A stretch of 64,000 nt of DNA from assembly GCA_003971905.1 (NCBI GenBank), contig RSEE01000051.1, positions 62,001 to 126,000 on the forward strand. The letters are read 5' to 3'. The translations under genes were made by a program, and so were the position numbers. Below the pieces are notes generated by a model. It was not told where the DNA came from. It made no database searches and was given only the letters and a program-made list of their open reading frames with translations. The DNA comes from Moniliella sp. 'wahieum' (lineage: Eukaryota). Positions 59,954-64,000 of the stretch are shown here, piece by piece. Positions within the stretch are counted from its first letter, which is position 1, and each line of letters starts with the position of its first letter.

Positions 59954-61089
59954 CGTTCAGACGAACAAGTGCAACATATTAATTTTTCATGATCGCCCGT
60001 GTCCTTTGCTCTTCCTTTGGTTTTCTCTTGTGCCCTTCCACGCCCGGGAACGGTGTCTCGCTAATGGGGCCTGTTTCCCACTCCCTCGTCTTTCCGGTTT
60101 CTCCCCGTTCGGCGTTGTTTGCCAGGATAATCGTGGCTTTCCTCTACGATCCTTTGGCGTCTCTCCACCTCCTTCGTGGAGCCATGCACACATGTAATAG
60201 TCTAGAGACAAGTCCTAACCCTCCTAATAGTTGCTTCCTCTGATATCTGCCCTTTCCAGCACCAGTTCATCACCGCCCACCGTTATTCCCCTTTCCACAG
60301 CTCCCAAAATCATGTGGTTTTTTAGTCTCACCTTCAGTCCTGGCTCCGGTCCCGGCTCCAGCTCCAATTCTGGTCACTCAGGACTGCGTTATTCTCAGAA
60401 CTTCTTCCGTCCCGCCGAGTACTAATAACGGCTTCAATCACCATACTAACACTGCCTGGGCCGGCGCCCCCGCAGCCCCCTTGCCACACAAAAGCATCCG
60501 GCTCTCCGCTATACGCCCAGAGGCCTCCCCTTGTCCTTCGCCCTGCTCGGATTCACCAACAAGTCCAAGCATCAACATGCCGTGTAGGAGGGAGATTGCT
60601 TCGGATGCCGACAGGTATTCATTCAGGCTGCATGGAATGGCGCCTTATATACCAGAGGAGAAGGAGAAGCTATCACACGGTAGACGACGCGTGATGAGGG
60701 GAAAGAGACACAAAGGGGGCAAGGAAGATCTAGAACAAGGATCATACCCACATCCTGTGGGAATGTGTGTGTGATCCGTCATGCCGCGACTCGACTGACC
60801 TTTCCGGCTTCCTCGAGAGTTTGTGCTCCTTAAACCCCAACTGGTCCCAGACTGGGGTCTACCCATGGCACCCAATTATACAGCCACTTTTCCCAACGCA
60901 CTCTCCCTATCCGTCGCTTTCCCAACCCCCCGTTCAGGTTCGATATTAATATACTACCAATCATAACATGTGCTACACCACACTGTGAACAACGTGCTGG
61001 GTTTCCATCCACACGGCTATGAGAGTACTAGAAGACCACCGGGCCTACGGCCCGGTCAGCTGGGGCTTCGCCCCAGCTTGATGCTTGGT

Positions 61090-61262
61090 GCACCGTCGCC
61101 ATCTTAGTCACCGGGTCCGCCTTCCCCACCGTAGCCACCGTTCCCCCCATCGCCACCTTAGCCACCGGTCCACCGTTCCACGCTGGAGGGTGCTTGGTCG
61201 CCACCTTAGCAAACGTTCCCCCGTCGCCACCGTAGCCACCGGTCCACCGTTCCACGCTGGAG
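61090..61262. repeat. 9-nt-based minisatellite (GCCACCGTA / GCCACCTTA / GCCACCGTT variants) with a ~50-nt direct repeat
   Basis: CGTTCCCCC..TCGCCACC(T/G)TAGCCACCGGTCCACCGTTCCACGCTGGAG at ~61139-61188 and ~61214-61262. Confidence 0.85.
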
Positions 61263-61419
61263 AGCGGAATAGTATTCACCACTACGCCTCGGGCGGAATT
61301 TTATCACCCATGTGCATCCGCCTGGCTGCGCCCGCCTGGAACGCGCCGGGTGAAACGTGCCAGGTGGCATGCTTGTGTAATTTTACGTAAAGTAAAAAGG
61401 GGGTCTGCGTTATGATAAC

Positions 61420-64000
61420 TCGACCCAGTCACCAAGGCCGACCGCCTCATTCGGGAGGGCTGCCTCAGCCGCGCAGCAAGTACCCTCGTCGGCCAATCCA
61501 CCATTGCCCCTCTCACCCCCGAGACCCAGGCAAGCCTGGAAAAGCTCCACCCCGTTGGAGAGGCGAACCCCTTCAGCCTCGGCCCGGGCAAGCCTTTGGC
61601 AACCACCACCACCCGCACTCGTCCCACCCACACAGGCCGCGCGGTACCGCCGGGCACCACCCTCACCGACACGACGGACAGTGGCCGTATCGTGGTGGAC
61701 TTGGACGAAATCGACTTTGTTGCCTTGATTGCCACGTTCAGAATCGACGTCGGGGCAGGTCTATCCGGTGGACCCAGCCCCTCCTAAGAACGGCCCTTGA
61801 ATGCAAGCGCTTCGTCGCCTTTCTCACCGCCCTCACCAAGAGCATTTACCACGGCACTGCCCCAGGACGCGAGCTCCTGTTGGCCTCCCGCCTTACCCCC
61901 CTGGAGAAGGCATCGGGAGGCATCCGCCCCATCGCCTGCGGGAGCTGATCTACCGCCTGTGCGCCAAGGCCATCGCTCGAGCGATCGCCCCCAACAGCTG
62001 GCTTCTCCCCACCCAGTTGGGAGTAGCATCGCAAAACGGGGTGGAGCCTATCGTACGGATGGTCGAGCGCATGACACGCCAGGCGGGGAGAACGATGCGG
62101 AACTGGGCGACTTCAGCCACGTCGCCATGCTCGACTTTACCAACGCCTTCAACACTGTGCGCCGTCGCACACTCGCCAAGGCGCTCCATGCCTACGCCCC
62201 CCATCTCCTCACCTTGGGCCGATGGATCTATGGTTCCCCCACCCAGCTCTGGGTCGCGTCGGGCGGAAATGAGACCAACGTCCTGTCGGCAGAGGGCGTA
62301 CGGCAGGGCGACCCCCTCGCCCCTTTTTCTTCTCCCATCGCAGTGCGGCCCACGCTGGAGAAACTGGAACAGGACCTGCCGCCGGGCACCTGGTGATGGC
62401 ATACCTGGACGACATTACGATTTTCGGTCCAGGGCCAGGCATTACCGGCCTAGCCGCGGAGCTTTTGGAAGACGACGCGTCAGGCCTCAAGCTCAACCTG
62501 CGTAAGTGTGTCGAGCGGGACCGGGACCAGATTCGGGAGGATGGTCTGCAGGTTCTGGGCACTTGTGTGGGAGGGTAGACTGTCGTCGATCGTGGCTCCG
62601 GGCCCAACTGGCCAGTCTGAGGGAGAACATGCCTAAGTTTGATGGCATCACCCGCCAGGGACGCCTCTTACTATGGCGGCTCAGCACTCAGACCAAGCTG
62701 CGCCACCTGCTCCGCACCATGCAGATGGAAGGAGAGCTAGACGACGTGCTGGCCGAGATTGATGCCTTCATCTGTACGGAGTTCAGACGGATCCGGGGCG
62801 ACGAGGATCCCCAAGGTGCCAAGGACGACCACTTCGACATGCTCATGAGCCTGCCTCTTCGGCTGGGAGGATGTGGCAGCCCGCTTTACTCGTATATCGC
62901 GCCCCACGCCCGTGCCGCGGCCAACGAGGTCAACGACTATCTTATTACCACTTATTTGACCGTTCGGGACCGCAAACGGCAAGGGCCAACGCATTTACGA
63001 AGCAACGCCAGCGCTGCCGCGAGATGTGGGAGCAAAGTCGACAGGAGCTGCTCCAGAAGCTGGACGCTGCCGATGGTCGCCATGTGGTCGAGCACAGCAA
63101 CCCGCTGAGCCACAACTGGCTCTCCGCCATTCCATCCGTCCCGTACCTCAAGCTCTCTGACCAGCAGGTCGGTTGGTCTCCAGCTCCGCACGCTGTGCCG
63201 CACCACGCGCAGCATGTGCAAGTGCGGCGTCATGTCCTCGCTGGAACACATCATGTCCTGCACCCGCACCCAGGCCAAGTTTGGTGCGTTGCATGAGGCA
63301 GTGCGGGAGCCCATTCTCCAGCTCCTCCGCTCCATCCCCGACACCCACGTCCACAACGAACCTATGGTGGAGGAAGAGGATGGGACGAGGCGCGGACGGA
63401 AGGCACAGCGCACACCGATTACCGCGGTGATGGGGCCCGGAGCACTGGGAGGAACCGGAATGGAGGTAGACCACACGCTGCGCGACACGGGATCGCAGGA
63501 GGCGCAGAGCGCGTACCGGCGGTGGTGCATGAGAGCACTGCGTCGCCTTTGGAACGCCGGGAGAAGGAACTGCTTCGGCTGCTTGAACAAGCAGAATGCG
63601 AGAACGCCAAGTACCAGGGACGCACTCAAGAACCGTTTTTCCCCCTGGTTTTGACGACGCGAGGATACTACGGCCAAGACGGCGGGCAAGTTGTTTGCGC
63701 ATTGGAAAGTTGGCTACTAAGTCTCAGTGGAAATGGTTCCTCGCTCGTATGTCAACCACGTTCCTCCGTGTCCACACGCGCTTCCTAGGGTACGGGACCG
63801 GATGGCGCGAGCCGGAGGGTCCTGATATCCTGGCGATCCCCTGGTCCCTTAATCTTGGTGGCGCTTCCAAGTAACCCCCGCAAGATGAACGGTTCGGTTT
63901 AGACGTAGCGTTCCCCCTGTCCCAGCCTTAAGCTCTGTCAATGATGCCACAACCAAGAGGTAGATAGCTCGTACGCCTGCATCTTATATGTGGGAAGATC
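61420..64000 (+). mobile_element. Non-LTR retrotransposon of the CRE clade (Cnl1/MoTeR-like; RT + CCHC + restriction-like endonuclease), apparently 5'-truncated; 3' end may lie beyond the window
   Basis: Single frameshifted ORF to TAA at 63874: ADRLIREGCLSRAASTL..APLTPETQASLEKLHP; LLASRLTPLEKASGGIRPIACG(E)LIYRL; QLGV; LDFTNAFNTV; GVRQGDPLAP; AYLDD (YLDD at 62402-62413); GLKLNLRKC; LQVLGT; LPLRLGGCG; WLSAIP; CKCG..LEHIMSC..HEAVR; EP..; REKE..KY..FFPLVLT..G. No APE domain or LTR seen. Confidence 0.9.
61422..63874 (+). CDS. Reverse transcriptase / RLE endonuclease polyprotein of the retrotransposon (no start codon seen; frameshifted)
   Basis: Motifs distributed over ORFs 61412-61948, 61801-62505, 61797-62396, 62393-62578, 62506-63108, 62871-63296, 63214-63654, 63522-63788 and 63596-63874. 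Confidence 0.85.

Noticed and set aside
60445..60480. TAACACTGCC..GCCGG resembling the start of a twister ribozyme
   Set aside because: Lacks the downstream conserved core and pseudoknot partners; fits an intron branch point plus CAG at least as well.
61104..61436. DPVTK encoded both on the minus strand of the minisatellite and at the start of the RT ORF (12/15 nt inverted match)
   Set aside because: Too short to support a 5' inversion or twin-priming model; compatible with chance.

Overview
GC-rich eukaryotic DNA, most likely a basidiomycete fungus (short GTRYGT..CTRAC..YAG introns, fungal gene families, intron-containing tRNA). Most coding regions are broken by 1-nt indels, often at homopolymers, which looks like an unpolished long-read consensus rather than mass pseudogenisation, so CDS spans are reconstructed across frames. 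Recognisable genes in order: makorin-type CCCH/RING E3 ligase (-), small membrane protein (+), Ytp1-like protein (+), coiled-coil hypothetical (+), DHHC palmitoyltransferase (+), large orphan (-), LRR-RhoGEF-PH protein (+), A/E/P/K-rich protein (-), divergent forkhead factor (-), Pxr1/PinX1 G-patch protein (+), eIF4G (-), small cytochrome b5 ending in AKL (+), Tdp1 (-), HAL/NPR-family kinase (+), complex I NDUFB8 (+), Alg6 (+), tRNA-Ser(UGA) (-), NAD-glutamate dehydrogenase (-). The last 2.6 kb is an apparently 5'-truncated CRE-clade (Cnl1/MoTeR-like) non-LTR retrotransposon, preceded by two unexplained repeat modules. Long intergenic tracts carry minisatellites and dense short palindromes. 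I found no convincing new multi-gene system. The best leads are the retroelement with its unknown target site and upstream repeats, the splice-dependent PTS1 on the cytochrome b5, the LRR-DH-PH fusion and the forkhead with an altered recognition helix.
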